NCBI GenBank assembly: GCA_021813945.1
Contig: JAKAJD010000001.1
Coordinates: 270,742-334,741 of the forward strand
Length of the DNA: 64,000 nt
Direction: 5' to 3'
Origin: a bacterium
Lineage (GTDB): Bacteria; Patescibacteriota; Microgenomatia; Curtissbacterales; GWA2-41-24
Part shown: piece after piece, positions 47,582 to 57,909 of the stretch
Layout: each line of letters starts with the position of its first letter
How positions within the stretch are numbered: the stretch's first letter is position 1
Position numbers and translations under genes: made by a program
The notes under the pieces: model-generated
The model's input: only the letters and a program-made list of their open reading frames with translations
What the model was told of the DNA's origin: nothing
The model's database searches: none

Positions 47582-48670
47582 ATGAATTTTTTAAATACCA
47601 AAGATTACTTTACCCTAATCAAAAAGCTGTTGAATAAAAAAATCTTAATCACAGCAGCCTTACTTCTGATCTTGTACTTCGTTGGCAACAGAAACGCCCA
47701 GGATGCATCCAAAATTAAAACTTATAAGGTGTCTCCAAACACTTTAATTTCAACAGTAACCTCATCTGGAAAAATTCAAGCAGACCAGTCGACTGATTTA
47801 CACTTTCAAACAAGCGGACAGTTGGCGTGGATAAACGCAAAGCAAGGTGATCAAGTTTATAAAGGCCAGGCAATTGCTTCACTCAACACACAAGTCCTTG
47901 AAAAGCAGCTCAAATCGGACTTGAACACTTATGCTAAAACCCGCACCACCTTCGACGATACAAACTATACGTATAAAGATCAGCCGCTAACCGACGCAAT
48001 AAAAAGAATTGCCCAAAGGTCCCAGCTCGATCTTGAAAATTCGGTGGTAGACGTGGAAATACGAGACCTTGCTGTTCGCTTTTCTACAATTACATCACCC
48101 ATCGACGGCTACATTATTTCAGCCCCGGCAGTCTACCCCGGTAGCAATGTTCTGGCAACAGACACAATTGCAACGGTTGCAAACACTAAAAACGTTCAAT
48201 TTTTGGCAGAAGTAGACGAAACAGATGTAGGCAAAATCGCCCTTGACCAAGTTACAAAAATCACGTTAGACGCTTATCCGAATGACACTTTTAACTCAAA
48301 AGTGGCATTAATCACCCCCAAAGCTATTACAACATCAACTGGCGCAACTGCATTCAATACAATATTCAATATTGACACCCAAAAACAATTGTTAATAGGC
48401 ATGAATGGCACTGCTCAAATTGAAGTGGGTAGAGCGGAAAATGTTAATTCTGTGCCCCTTGAAGCAATAGTGGATGATAAATACCTGTATGTTAAATCCA
48501 GGAAAAAATTTGAAAAAAAGGAAATTGAAAAAGGGACTGAATCGGACACCGATGTTGAAATAACACGTGGCCTTACAACTGGCGATATAGTCTTAACTGC
48601 AGGTTTTGACGAACTCAAAAAAGGCAGTATTTTTCAAAAAATAACTGGAAGTGTTCTGTGGCCCCAATAA
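47582..48670 (+). CDS. MacA-like periplasmic adaptor (membrane fusion protein)
   Basis: ITSPIDG, VDETDV and GMNG motifs. Confidence 0.9.
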   Translation: MNFLNTKDYFTLIKKLLNKKILITAALLLILYFVGNRNAQDASKIKTYKVSPNTLISTVTSSGKIQADQSTDLHFQTSGQLAWINAKQGDQVYKGQAIASLNTQVLEKQLKSDLNTYAKTRTTFDDTNYTYKDQPLTDAIKRIAQRSQLDLENSVVDVEIRDLAVRFSTITSPIDGYIISAPAVYPGSNVLATDTIATVANTKNVQFLAEVDETDVGKIALDQVTKITLDAYPNDTFNSKVALITPKAITTSTGATAFNTIFNIDTQKQLLIGMNGTAQIEVGRAENVNSVPLEAIVDDKYLYVKSRKKFEKKEIEKGTESDTDVEITRGLTTGDIVLTAGFDELKKGSIFQKITGSVLWPQ

Positions 48671-49377
48671 TAAGCACCAAAAATCTTTGCAAATATTATG
48701 GTGAAGAGGACAACATTACCAAGGCCGTCGACAACGTTTCTGTAAAAATAGACAAAGGCGAATTTGTAGCAATCATTGGACCATCCGGATCAGGTAAATC
48801 TACCCTCATGCACATAATAGGCTGCCTTGACAAGCCCACTAGCGGGCAATACTTTTTAGAGAATAAACAATTAGCGCAATTTTCGGAAAATGAACTTGCA
48901 AAAATTAGGAATGATCAAATTGGTTTTGTTTTCCAATCTTTTAATCTCCTTCCGAGAACTTCTGCGCAAAAAAATGTTGAACTTCCTCTTGTTTATGCCA
49001 AGGTGAGGGCAGGTGAGCGAGAAAAGAGAGCGCAAGACCTTTTAAAAAAATTGGGCCTTGGTGAAAAATTTCAGTCAACACCGGCAAAGCTCTCAGGCGG
49101 CCAGCAGCAAAGAGTTGCAATCGCAAGAGCCCTTGTTAATAATCCTCTGATACTTCTTGCAGATGAACCAACTGGAAATCTGGACACAAAAGCTTCTTTC
49201 GAAATAATGGACATTCTAAAAAATCTAAACCAAGAGGGTATTACAGTGGTTATGATTACCCATGAGGTAGATATTGCCAAACAGGCAAAAAGAATTATTT
49301 CTATGAGAGACGGCAAAATTGTCAATGATAAAAAAGTAATAAAAAACAAAAAAAATGCAGATTACGGAAATATTTAA
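48658..49377 (+). CDS. ABC transporter ATP-binding protein (MacB/LolD-like)
   Basis: GPSGSGKS, LSGGQQQR and DEPTGNLD. Confidence 0.95.
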   Translation: MAPIISTKNLCKYYGEEDNITKAVDNVSVKIDKGEFVAIIGPSGSGKSTLMHIIGCLDKPTSGQYFLENKQLAQFSENELAKIRNDQIGFVFQSFNLLPRTSAQKNVELPLVYAKVRAGEREKRAQDLLKKLGLGEKFQSTPAKLSGGQQQRVAIARALVNNPLILLADEPTGNLDTKASFEIMDILKNLNQEGITVVMITHEVDIAKQAKRIISMRDGKIVNDKKVIKNKKNADYGNI

Positions 49378-50548
49378 GCTTGCTATTGAAGCAATTCGAG
49401 TTAATAAACTGCGCTCAGTACTCACTTCCTTGGGAATAATAATTGGGGTAGCAGCAATTATTCTTTTGGTCTCAATTGGCTCAGGCCTTCAAAATTATGT
49501 TACGAGCGAATTCAAAAAACTAGGCGCAAATTCAATTTTTATTTTACCTGGCAAAGTTGAAATTTCGGCAGCAGGTACATCTGCCCAATCAGTAAACAAA
49601 CTTACATTTGCCCTAATGAACAAATTAGAGCAAGCAAAAAGTCCGAATATCGAGAAAGTTCTGCCATTCATCGAAATCTTTGTCACTGCTTCAAACAAAA
49701 ACAGCTCTAAGGTTACCAGGCTAGTCGCTTCATACAGCGACTATTTCGCAATCTCCGGTATAAAAACATCAGAAGGAAGAATATACACTGACAGTGAAGA
49801 GAAAAGCAGTAAAAAGGTGGCAGTTATCGGAAAAACAATTGCAAAAGATCTTTATAAAAACCAGTCCCCAATAGGTAAGCAAATATCTCTTTCCAAAAAA
49901 CCATTTACGGTCATAGGGGTATTCGAACCCCAGGGAAGTGTCGCCGGCGTAGACGTAGACAATGCGGTTATCATACCCCTCTCTGCAGGCAGAAACCTAA
50001 CCGGTACCGATCTCGTAAATCAAGTTCTAGTCAGAACTACGTCAACGGAAAACATCCAGGAAGCCAAAAAAGATATCGAAAAAATACTTTTAAGAACTCT
50101 TTCCGAAGATGACTTCACTATAATGACCCAGGAACAGCTGCTTTCCTCGATACTGCAAATTCTAGGCGTGCTAACTCTTGCACTTGGAGGTATTGCGGCA
50201 ATTTCACTTGTAGTTGGAGGCGTAGGTATATCTAACATAATGTTGGTCTCCGTAACCGAAAGAACTAGAGAAATTGGCCTTAGAAAGGCAGTTGGGGCTA
50301 GACCTTCCGACATTTTAATACAATTTTTGTTGGAAGCGGTAATCTTGTCTTTGGTGGGCGGCGCAATTGGCCTTTTAATCGGTGCAACAGGTTCTTTCTT
50401 GATCTCCGCTTATATTAAATCGTCAGTTCCTCTTTGGGCAATATTTTTAGGCGTGGGCTTTTCAAGCCTTGTGGGCATAATTTTCGGCGTTGCACCCGCA
50501 ATTCGCGCTTCTCGACTGGACCCAATTGTTGCCCTCAGATACGAATAA
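49355..50548 (+). CDS. ABC transporter permease (MacB/FtsX-like)
   Basis: NIMLVSVTERTREIGLRKAVGA and LDPIVALRYE. Confidence 0.95.
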   Translation: MQITEIFKLAIEAIRVNKLRSVLTSLGIIIGVAAIILLVSIGSGLQNYVTSEFKKLGANSIFILPGKVEISAAGTSAQSVNKLTFALMNKLEQAKSPNIEKVLPFIEIFVTASNKNSSKVTRLVASYSDYFAISGIKTSEGRIYTDSEEKSSKKVAVIGKTIAKDLYKNQSPIGKQISLSKKPFTVIGVFEPQGSVAGVDVDNAVIIPLSAGRNLTGTDLVNQVLVRTTSTENIQEAKKDIEKILLRTLSEDDFTIMTQEQLLSSILQILGVLTLALGGIAAISLVVGGVGISNIMLVSVTERTREIGLRKAVGARPSDILIQFLLEAVILSLVGGAIGLLIGATGSFLISAYIKSSVPLWAIFLGVGFSSLVGIIFGVAPAIRASRLDPIVALRYE

Positions 50549-50564
50549 GCATAAAATTAAACTA

Positions 50565-51389
50565 ATGCCCAAGGTTAAAAAAGCAGGTCTTATTTTAGCT
50601 GTTGTTCTGCTGTCTTTAGTCCTTACCTCATCTCAAGCGAAAGCCCAATACCTGGATGCCCAAGAAAAGCAACGCCTGGATCAAGCTCTCCAGGACTATT
50701 CATATCAATTTTCAAAATACGAAGACTGCCACAATAAGTACATCACGGATAGATCCACTTACCTTTCCTTCCAAACGGCAACAGCCAAAAATACTGCTTT
50801 TTTGACAACTAAAGATTGTCTGTCTAAGGTTTACAACGTTTACGTTGCATACCTTAGATACGTCAAAGAACAGGGCAATACCTTCAACTGGAACAAAAAA
50901 GATGCTGAAAAAAATCAAATCTTTAAAACCTTAGACGACGAAATCGCCAATTACCAAAACAATCAAAAAAACGTTGATACTCTGCAAACACTAGACGATA
51001 CTGTACCTTATGCAGCAGACTTAAAAATTTATGTCACAAAAACCACTTATCCTATTGTCCTAAAAGCTCTTGCCACATACGATGTAGCGGAAAGCGAAGC
51101 GGCTCTGGAAAACTTTGTTAATCTTTCCCAAGACCTAAGAACCTTTGTCACTTCCAGAATAGACGAAAAACAATACGCCTCATTTTTAGCAAATTGGGAC
51201 ACGGAAGTTGCCAATATTCGTTCGACCTCTCAATCAAGCAATGCAGATGCCAGAAAAGCCCTTGATAAAATTAAGCCAACTTCAAATGACCCAACTACTC
51301 TTGCAGGCATAGATAAAGCAACAGCTACCACCAAAGATCAACTCGAAAGAGCCAAAAACATCTTTTCAGAAATTCTAAAAACAATATGA
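50565..51389 (+). CDS. Secreted helical hypothetical protein
   Basis: Signal peptide ending AKA-Q. Confidence 0.6.
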   Translation: MPKVKKAGLILAVVLLSLVLTSSQAKAQYLDAQEKQRLDQALQDYSYQFSKYEDCHNKYITDRSTYLSFQTATAKNTAFLTTKDCLSKVYNVYVAYLRYVKEQGNTFNWNKKDAEKNQIFKTLDDEIANYQNNQKNVDTLQTLDDTVPYAADLKIYVTKTTYPIVLKALATYDVAESEAALENFVNLSQDLRTFVTSRIDEKQYASFLANWDTEVANIRSTSQSSNADARKALDKIKPTSNDPTTLAGIDKATATTKDQLERAKNIFSEILKTI

Positions 51390-51823
51390 ACGAAGAAGCT
51401 CAAGGCGTGATGGAGGAAGAAATATTAGCAGAGGAAAATGCTATTCCAAAGGAAAGGCAAACTACCAAGATAAATGCGCAACAACCGCCACCGAAAAAGA
51501 AAAAGACTCTACAAGAATTAGCTCGCGATTGGTTCTATAAACTAAAAGCCCCAAAACCAATAAGCTACGTAATCCTGTGTTCTCTAATTATTATAATTTA
51601 CACCGGTTTACTTTTACTTTCGGGAAAACGCCCGGCGCAATCGACCAAAAGCACCGTCTCAAATAACGCGATTGCTTCCCCAAGTCCTTCAGTGGACCCG
51701 CAAGTTAAAGCATGGCAAGACAAAGTCAGTCAATTCACTGATTACATAGATTACATAAATTCCCAATCAAGAACATTCACCCCGCCAAACGTAGACTTAA
51801 ACATTAATTTCACCGGCAAATAG
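51386..51823 (+). CDS. Single-TM hypothetical protein
   Basis: Coupled to the previous ORF; central TM helix. Confidence 0.6.
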   Translation: MNEEAQGVMEEEILAEENAIPKERQTTKINAQQPPPKKKKTLQELARDWFYKLKAPKPISYVILCSLIIIIYTGLLLLSGKRPAQSTKSTVSNNAIASPSPSVDPQVKAWQDKVSQFTDYIDYINSQSRTFTPPNVDLNINFTGK

Positions 51824-51871
51824 TTTCATCCATCTTTGACTTTAGCCTCAAAAAAGCATATAATAAGCCCG

Positions 51872-52489
51872 ATGAATACGACCCAGGCTGCTAAAAACGC
51901 GGCAAAAATTATACGCGAACCACTAGAAACCCTAAAGGACCAGCTCGGACCAATAGGAGAAGAAGCAAAAGATGAGATCATGGGCTTTTTCCCTGAAATG
52001 CTTACGGGCAAAAGACAAAACACCATGGCAAATGCAGATCTTAAAAGAGCCCGCGAAGAACAAAAGTTAAAAGAAATGAAAGCAGAATCAGACGCCCAAT
52101 CCGAAGAAGAAGCCCAAAATATTACTCTAGCAATACGAGCCATTCAGGAAGAATACAGAACACAATCCTCAAGAACCGAAGAGCAGATTCAGCAAGACCT
52201 CAAGGCAGAAATTGTCGCCCTTCAGCAAGAAATTGCCGAACTTTCCAAAGTCGTCGGCAAACCGACAACAGCACATATGGAAGCAATACCCAAAAAGGTG
52301 GGCGCAATAGACGTTAAGAGGCTCACAACTATAGTTAAAACCTGGCGCCTAGAAGCCAAAAAATCCAAAGATGCACAAGATATGGTCTCCCAAAGGCAGA
52401 ACGCCAAACCGTCAACAGGCATGCTTGCTTGGGTTTCTGGCAAGCAAATGAAGATCCACGAACAGGGAACTATGCAATTGCAAGGGTAG
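51872..52489 (+). CDS. Coiled-coil hypothetical protein
   Basis: ATG 7 nt after TATAAT; charged helical sequence. Confidence 0.65.
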   Translation: MNTTQAAKNAAKIIREPLETLKDQLGPIGEEAKDEIMGFFPEMLTGKRQNTMANADLKRAREEQKLKEMKAESDAQSEEEAQNITLAIRAIQEEYRTQSSRTEEQIQQDLKAEIVALQQEIAELSKVVGKPTTAHMEAIPKKVGAIDVKRLTTIVKTWRLEAKKSKDAQDMVSQRQNAKPSTGMLAWVSGKQMKIHEQGTMQLQG

Positions 52490-52588
52490 CTCCAATACCT
52501 GCAGATTTTAACCGACAAAGTCATATCCCATAATATTGATTTCTAAGCAAATTTTTGCTATAATTCGCGCGCAAAAATAGGAGGTTCC

Positions 52589-53956
52589 ATGAATCTAGAA
52601 TTTGAGGCACCAACTATAGCTGCTACTGCATCATCTGTCCTTCCGGACATAGGTTCGCTACAACCATTTTCTGCAAATTTAGCTCCATCTTTAGGCGAAG
52701 GGTTTAATTTTAACCCCAGTTTTGGTATGGAAATAAAACCAATAACGATCAATGCGGCTGCACCCTCACTAGAACTGCATTTTCCATCACTCGAAAATAT
52801 CCAGCCGCAAATACATTTGGACAAAACAGTTCCTGTACCTGAGGTTGTTTTCAACGAAAAGCTTTTTGAAGCAATACGGCCAAATGTTGCCCAAGATGCG
52901 CCGTTTCAAATCCAGCCGCTTCCTGCAGAAATTTCAGTCCCGATATCTATTCTGGAAAAAGAAGCCGATCTGAAAGCTCGTGAAGAGGCAATCAACATGG
53001 CAAATATCTTATTTCCAGGTTCTATAACTGAACAAAACTTTTGGGTTGAAAAAATTCGACAAATAGAAAAAATGGCAGACTCATTTGACGCTTCGGCGTC
53101 AATAGACCTAACCGCACCCGAAATAGTGTTACCTTTGGCAGCTGAGCCATCAGCCGAGCCGCAGGCAGAAAAGGCTGTGGAAATAGTTTCAAATCCTAAA
53201 ACAGAAACGCAAGCTTCAAATGATGTGCAAACGGAAATTGAAACACAAACGCAGCCAGAAACAGTCGCCCAAACAGCAACGGGTTCTGGAATGCAAGGAC
53301 CAAATGTTCCAATAGCGCTGGAATCGGAATCGGAACAGCCAAATGATGAAGCTGAACCAGAAACACTGCCTAGAGGTAAAGAGCCCGAATGGGATGAATA
53401 TGTAACATCGGAAGCAAATCGCGTTGCCAAGGCAAGCCTTAAAAAAAGGCGCAATATCGCAAAAGAAATCCTTAAGGAGTCGATCTCAGATGAGGGTTTA
53501 GATTTGACAACCAAAGTTGAAGCCAAAATTTATAAACTGGATGTACCTGATATTGCCGAAGCAGTGCAGATTGCTTCAAGAAAATTAGAATATCCACAAA
53601 TCACAACAAGGGTGGAGGCAAACTTGTTATATATTGAAAACAGGGATGATCCAATTGAAGTTCATACGGCAATTGATAAAGCCATTTCAAAAACGCCGCC
53701 AATCGAGAAAACCAGAAAGGTAGTATCAGCGACTAGAAAAAAACAGTCTGATCTTTCAGGGGCTCCCAAAAGGCTTGCAAATCAAGGGGCGAAATTCATT
53801 GCGTTATTAAAAGATATGGTTTGGGTTCGGACAAAAAGACTAAAACTGGAAGAACCGGTCGAAATGAAAAAAGTCGAGAAAAAAGACGACAAAAAGCAAA
53901 ACCTTCGGGTGGGCTCAAGAGGGCTCGAACCTCTGACCTCCACAATGTCAATGTGA
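52589..53956 (+). CDS. Low-complexity (E/P/A-rich) hypothetical protein
   Basis: GGAGG SD; 455 aa; the 3' end runs antisense into tRNA-Val. Confidence 0.6.
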   Translation: MNLEFEAPTIAATASSVLPDIGSLQPFSANLAPSLGEGFNFNPSFGMEIKPITINAAAPSLELHFPSLENIQPQIHLDKTVPVPEVVFNEKLFEAIRPNVAQDAPFQIQPLPAEISVPISILEKEADLKAREEAINMANILFPGSITEQNFWVEKIRQIEKMADSFDASASIDLTAPEIVLPLAAEPSAEPQAEKAVEIVSNPKTETQASNDVQTEIETQTQPETVAQTATGSGMQGPNVPIALESESEQPNDEAEPETLPRGKEPEWDEYVTSEANRVAKASLKKRRNIAKEILKESISDEGLDLTTKVEAKIYKLDVPDIAEAVQIASRKLEYPQITTRVEANLLYIENRDDPIEVHTAIDKAISKTPPIEKTRKVVSATRKKQSDLSGAPKRLANQGAKFIALLKDMVWVRTKRLKLEEPVEMKKVEKKDDKKQNLRVGSRGLEPLTSTMSM

Positions 53957-53983
53957 CGCTCTAACCAACTGAGCTATGAGCCC
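53910..53983 (-). tRNA. tRNA-Val(GAC)
   Basis: Reverse-strand cloverleaf, anticodon loop TTGACAT. Confidence 0.95.
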
Positions 53984-54062
53984 GAAAGTACTAATGATTC
54001 TACTAAATATAGCCAAATCTATCAAATTTGTACCAATCAGATATAAAAGGTAAAATATACAT

Positions 54063-54485
54063 ATGGAAAATGGTGGAAAAGAAACTTGGGCAGAACATCT
54101 TGCTAGGATCAAAAAAGAAGCACCTTTAGATCCACAAACACAAGCCAAAAAAAGTAAGGGCCAAGAACCACATTATCCGTCTGATCTTCCACCGGACGGT
54201 GGAATAATCCAGCGCCCCCAAAGAGGCAATGTCACAACCCCAATCCCCGCAGGCGAAGGGGAGACTCTTAATGGAACCAGAGTCAGAACAAATTTTACAA
54301 GGCGCGGACGGACTCCCTTAAATGGATTAGACGAATATATTCAAGCTACACTTGATAATGGAGGCCACGAACCGGATGAAGCCCTAAGAAAAAAGGCAAT
54401 CAAATATTTACACGGACGCTCAGCCGGCATTATCCGATCCGCTGAAGCAAGATTGCGTCGCCAAAAACCTCCCACCGAACACTAA
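54063..54485 (+). CDS. Hypothetical protein
   Basis: ATG just after TAAAAT. Confidence 0.5.
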   Translation: MENGGKETWAEHLARIKKEAPLDPQTQAKKSKGQEPHYPSDLPPDGGIIQRPQRGNVTTPIPAGEGETLNGTRVRTNFTRRGRTPLNGLDEYIQATLDNGGHEPDEALRKKAIKYLHGRSAGIIRSAEARLRRQKPPTEH

Positions 54486-54526
54486 TTCCTTGCGAAAAAT
54501 CCCAAATATAATCTACAATCAACTTA

Positions 54527-54814
54527 ATGGCAGAGCAAATACCACAAACGCAAAATCCGCAGCCGCAACCACAACCTCCAAAAATGGAAAACTACGAGAG
54601 AGTTCATCGCCCTTTCTGGAAAATGGTTTTTAACAACTTTTTCGGCGGGATCGCCTGGAGTATAGGCGTTTTAATCGGAACCACAATTGTTATTGCCATT
54701 GCCGCCTTTTTCATTCGCAAAATCGATTTCGTTCCAATCTTTGGACATTTCTTCGCGGAAGTATTAAAATCCGCCCAAAGCAACATACAACCAACGGCTA
54801 CGCCAATTCCATGA
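54527..54814 (+). CDS. Small membrane protein (DUF5665-like)
   Basis: NF.GGIAW.IG..IG.T pattern. Confidence 0.6.
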   Translation: MAEQIPQTQNPQPQPQPPKMENYERVHRPFWKMVFNNFFGGIAWSIGVLIGTTIVIAIAAFFIRKIDFVPIFGHFFAEVLKSAQSNIQPTATPIP

Positions 54815-56037
54815 GCAAAACCAATTTAAAAGACCATCGCGAAATTGGCCGCGAGCTGGAACTTTTTTTCACCGACGATATTGCTCCAGGCGCACCATTT
54901 TGGCTCCCAAACGGGATGGTGATTTTTAAGGAGCTTGAAAAATTCATCCGCGAATTAACTCTTGGCGCCGGCTATCAGGAAACATCAACTCCAATAATGG
55001 TCAAATCCGATCTTTTCAAACAATCCGGCCATTGGACAAAGTTTGGTGAACATAACATGTACAACCTTATACTTTCAGACGAAGAGGACGATAAAAAACC
55101 GGTCAGTTATACCTTAAAACCCATGAACTGCCCGGAATCGACAATCCTTTACCGCTTTAGAAATAGAAGTTACCGCGAGCTTCCACTTAGGTTTTCAGAA
55201 GTCGGACGTCTTCACAGAAGGGAAAAGTCCGGCGAAGTCCACGGACTTTTACGCGTACGCCAACTTACGATGGACGATGCCCATATCTTTGCCCAAGAGG
55301 AAAAAATCGAAGAGGAAGTCGGAAATATCCTGGACACAATGGTTGCTTTCTACAATATCTTCAACTTCGACTTTGAATTTAAGCTTGCTACACGCCCGGA
55401 AGAAAGGGCAGGTAAGGACAGTGATTGGGATAAGGCAGAAAAAACATTGGAAGATGTCCTTAAGCAGAAAAAGCTTAAATATTCGGCAAAAGATAGGGAC
55501 GGAGCTTTTTACGGGCCAAAAATTGACCTTCACATTAAGGATTCGCAAGGTCGTGAGTGGCAGCTGGCAACAGTCCAAATAGACTTTCATATGCCTCAAG
55601 CCTTCGATCTTAAATATACCGACGAAAAAGGGGAGCCTAAACGCCCGGTCATGGTCCATCGCGCAATCTTCGGATCATTCGAGCGCTTTTTGGCAATTCT
55701 AACCGAACAATATCAGGGTTCGTTCCCTCTTTGGCTTTCTCCAGTACAAGTGGCAATCCTGCCAATTACCGACGGTCAAATCAAATATTGCCGTGAGGCA
55801 GAAAAGGAACTAAAGAATGCCAGTATCCGCACCCAGCTTTACGAAAAAAACGAAACACTGCAAGCAAAAATCCGCGAGGCAACACTGTTAAAAATTCCTT
55901 ATCTTGTGATAGTCGGCCCTAAAGAAGTCGAAGCCAAAAAACTTAGCATCAGGACAAGGGATGGCAAAGATTTGGGCCAAGCCGACCTTCAAGAATTCAA
56001 AGAGAAAATTTTAGCCGATATTGCCACCAAAGCGTGA
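54811..56037 (+). CDS. thrS: Threonine--tRNA ligase, short form without TGS/editing domains
   Basis: DHREIG at residue 8; LKPMNCP, GAFYGPKID and HRAIFGSFERF. Confidence 0.97.
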   Translation: MSKTNLKDHREIGRELELFFTDDIAPGAPFWLPNGMVIFKELEKFIRELTLGAGYQETSTPIMVKSDLFKQSGHWTKFGEHNMYNLILSDEEDDKKPVSYTLKPMNCPESTILYRFRNRSYRELPLRFSEVGRLHRREKSGEVHGLLRVRQLTMDDAHIFAQEEKIEEEVGNILDTMVAFYNIFNFDFEFKLATRPEERAGKDSDWDKAEKTLEDVLKQKKLKYSAKDRDGAFYGPKIDLHIKDSQGREWQLATVQIDFHMPQAFDLKYTDEKGEPKRPVMVHRAIFGSFERFLAILTEQYQGSFPLWLSPVQVAILPITDGQIKYCREAEKELKNASIRTQLYEKNETLQAKIREATLLKIPYLVIVGPKEVEAKKLSIRTRDGKDLGQADLQEFKEKILADIATKA

Positions 56038-56084
56038 ATCATGGTAATATCCGCAAAGATTTGTAAAAAATCAGGAGGTCAACC

Positions 56085-56639
56085 GTAAACAGGTATTTCA
56101 AACTAAATCAGCAAATCCAGGCAAAAGAAGTCCGTGTAATAGACGAAACTGGAAAACAAGTAGGAATTTTGCCACTTTCAGATGCCTTAAAAAAGGCGCA
56201 AGAAACTGAGCTTGATTTAGTAGAAATAGCACCGGAAGCCAAACCTCCAGTCGTCAAGATAATAGACTTTAAAAAGTTCCAATATCTTGAAGAGCAAAAG
56301 CGTAAAGAGGCCAGAAAGCATACAAAAGAAACGGATTTAAAAGAAGTCCGTTTTTCACCTTTTATTGGTGAACACGACATGGAAGTAGGCCTCAAACGCA
56401 CCCGCAAGTTCATAGCGGATGGCGATTTGGTAAAAATAAGCATAGTCTTCAAGGGGAGGCAAATGGCCCATACTGAATTTGGGCCCAAATTGCTGGATAA
56501 GATTATGCAGAGTCTAGGAGAAGGTACGCAAATCGAAAAACCGCCAAAGTTTGAAGGAAGAAGATTTGTAACCATTATTAGGGGAACAAAAAAAGTTAAA
56601 CAAGAAAATCATGAAACAGAAAACCAAAAAAGCAGCTAA
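56085..56639 (+). CDS. infC: Translation initiation factor IF-3, probable non-canonical start
   Basis: N..I.A.EVRVID..G.Q.G continues upstream of the called TTG; SD AGGAGG at 56073-56078; LDLVEIAP...PPV.KI.D. Confidence 0.93.
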   Translation, partial: VNRYFKLNQQIQAKEVRVIDETGKQVGILPLSDALKKAQETELDLVEIAPEAKPPVVKIIDFKKFQYLEEQKRKEARKHTKETDLKEVRFSPFIGEHDMEVGLKRTRKFIADGDLVKISIVFKGRQMAHTEFGPKLLDKIMQSLGEGTQIEKPPKFEGRRFVTIIRGTKKVKQENHETENQKSS

Positions 56640-56805
56640 AAAAAGGTTCAAAGTAACCGGAACAGGTAAAGTTTTAAGAGGCCGTCAAATGGCAGGTCAT
56701 TTAAAATCAGCCAAAAGCAAAAGTGCCAGGACTAGGTACAAAAAGGTTGCCTATGTTGCCAAAGTCGAACAAAAAAACATCGAAAGGCTACTTCTTGTCA
56801 AATGA
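56611..56805 (+). CDS. rpmI: 50S ribosomal protein L35
   Basis: KTKKAAKKRFKVTGTGK; synteny. Confidence 0.95.
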   Translation: MKQKTKKAAKKRFKVTGTGKVLRGRQMAGHLKSAKSKSARTRYKKVAYVAKVEQKNIERLLLVK

Positions 56806-57143
56806 GAATTAAAAGAGGAGTAACTTCCAAAAGACGTCATCGAAAAATCCTCAAAGCCGCTAAAGGCTTTAGGGGTGGCAGATCCACACTTATTAAAGAA
56901 GCCAGAACCGCCACAATTCACGCCGGAGCAGATGCCTACCGTGGCAGACGCCAGAAAAAACGCGACAACAGGTCGCTTTGGATCACCCGGATAAATGCGG
57001 CTCTTTCGGTGCACAATGTTTCCTATAACGTTTTCATAAATTCGCTCAAAAAGAAAAATGTCGAACTGGACAGAAAAGTCCTTTCCCAAATTGCAGCAGA
57101 AGACCCCAAGGCCTTCGAAGAGTTAGTCAAAAAAGTAGCCTAA
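56802..57143 (+). CDS. rplT: 50S ribosomal protein L20
   Basis: RIKRG...AKGFRG...RSLWITRINAA. Confidence 0.97.
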   Translation: MRIKRGVTSKRRHRKILKAAKGFRGGRSTLIKEARTATIHAGADAYRGRRQKKRDNRSLWITRINAALSVHNVSYNVFINSLKKKNVELDRKVLSQIAAEDPKAFEELVKKVA

Positions 57144-57155
57144 GTTCAAAATCCC

Positions 57156-57875
57156 ATGTCTTTCGAAACCCTAAGAGCTGTGGCAATGGCCAGAAGAGAT
57201 GCGTTTAAAGAACAACAAGGGAAAACCGTCTCTCATTACGAAACCGCCAGGAGCATAGGTGATTACGAATCCCGTTTACCCAAAATCGACGGTAAGGGCT
57301 TCGTCGAATGTCTTACTGAACTCGGAAAAAGGAAGCCTAACTTTAGAGCACTTGATATCGGCTGCGGTCAAGGTGTTGCCCTTACCCAAATAGCCGGGGA
57401 ATATCCACAAAGTTCACTTTCTGGAATATCAGCCAGAGATTTTCGTGAAGACCTAGAAGACCCCGGGGTCGAGGAGTTTACAAGAGAACACATAAGATAT
57501 CTTGTTGAAGATGCCCAAAATCTAAATAGAGTATTTAGAGGAGATAAATTTGATCTGATAATCTCTACATGGTGTTTTTACTATTTGGCAGACCCAATGA
57601 ATACCCTAAGGCATGCTTATAGCTTATTAGAAGACAACGGCTTTCTTTTGGTACACCACACAGGAATCTGGTTAGATAAGCAAGAAGCAGAGAAGCTACA
57701 AGAATTTTGGGGAAAGCAAGGCATTGAGGCCAACATACCCGACCCAACTAATGCATCAAGCATCAGCGTTGCACTCAGAAAAACCCGTAATTGCAAACTT
57801 CCAATGCCATTTTTCTATACAGACCACTGCACTGCTATTCCTACTGAGGCCATAAGCTCGGACTCTCATCGTTAA
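57156..57875 (+). CDS. Class I SAM-dependent methyltransferase
   Basis: ALDIGCGQG and FDLIIS; paralog of 28854-29762. Confidence 0.88.
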   Translation: MSFETLRAVAMARRDAFKEQQGKTVSHYETARSIGDYESRLPKIDGKGFVECLTELGKRKPNFRALDIGCGQGVALTQIAGEYPQSSLSGISARDFREDLEDPGVEEFTREHIRYLVEDAQNLNRVFRGDKFDLIISTWCFYYLADPMNTLRHAYSLLEDNGFLLVHHTGIWLDKQEAEKLQEFWGKQGIEANIPDPTNASSISVALRKTRNCKLPMPFFYTDHCTAIPTEAISSDSHR

Positions 57876-57909
57876 AACCGGGACCCAAAATTCTCCGTCT
57901 GTCAAGTAA

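Noticed and set aside
52906-53526. 206-aa antisense ORF and similar shadow ORFs across the window
   Set aside because: They lie opposite better-supported genes and show mirror-frame composition
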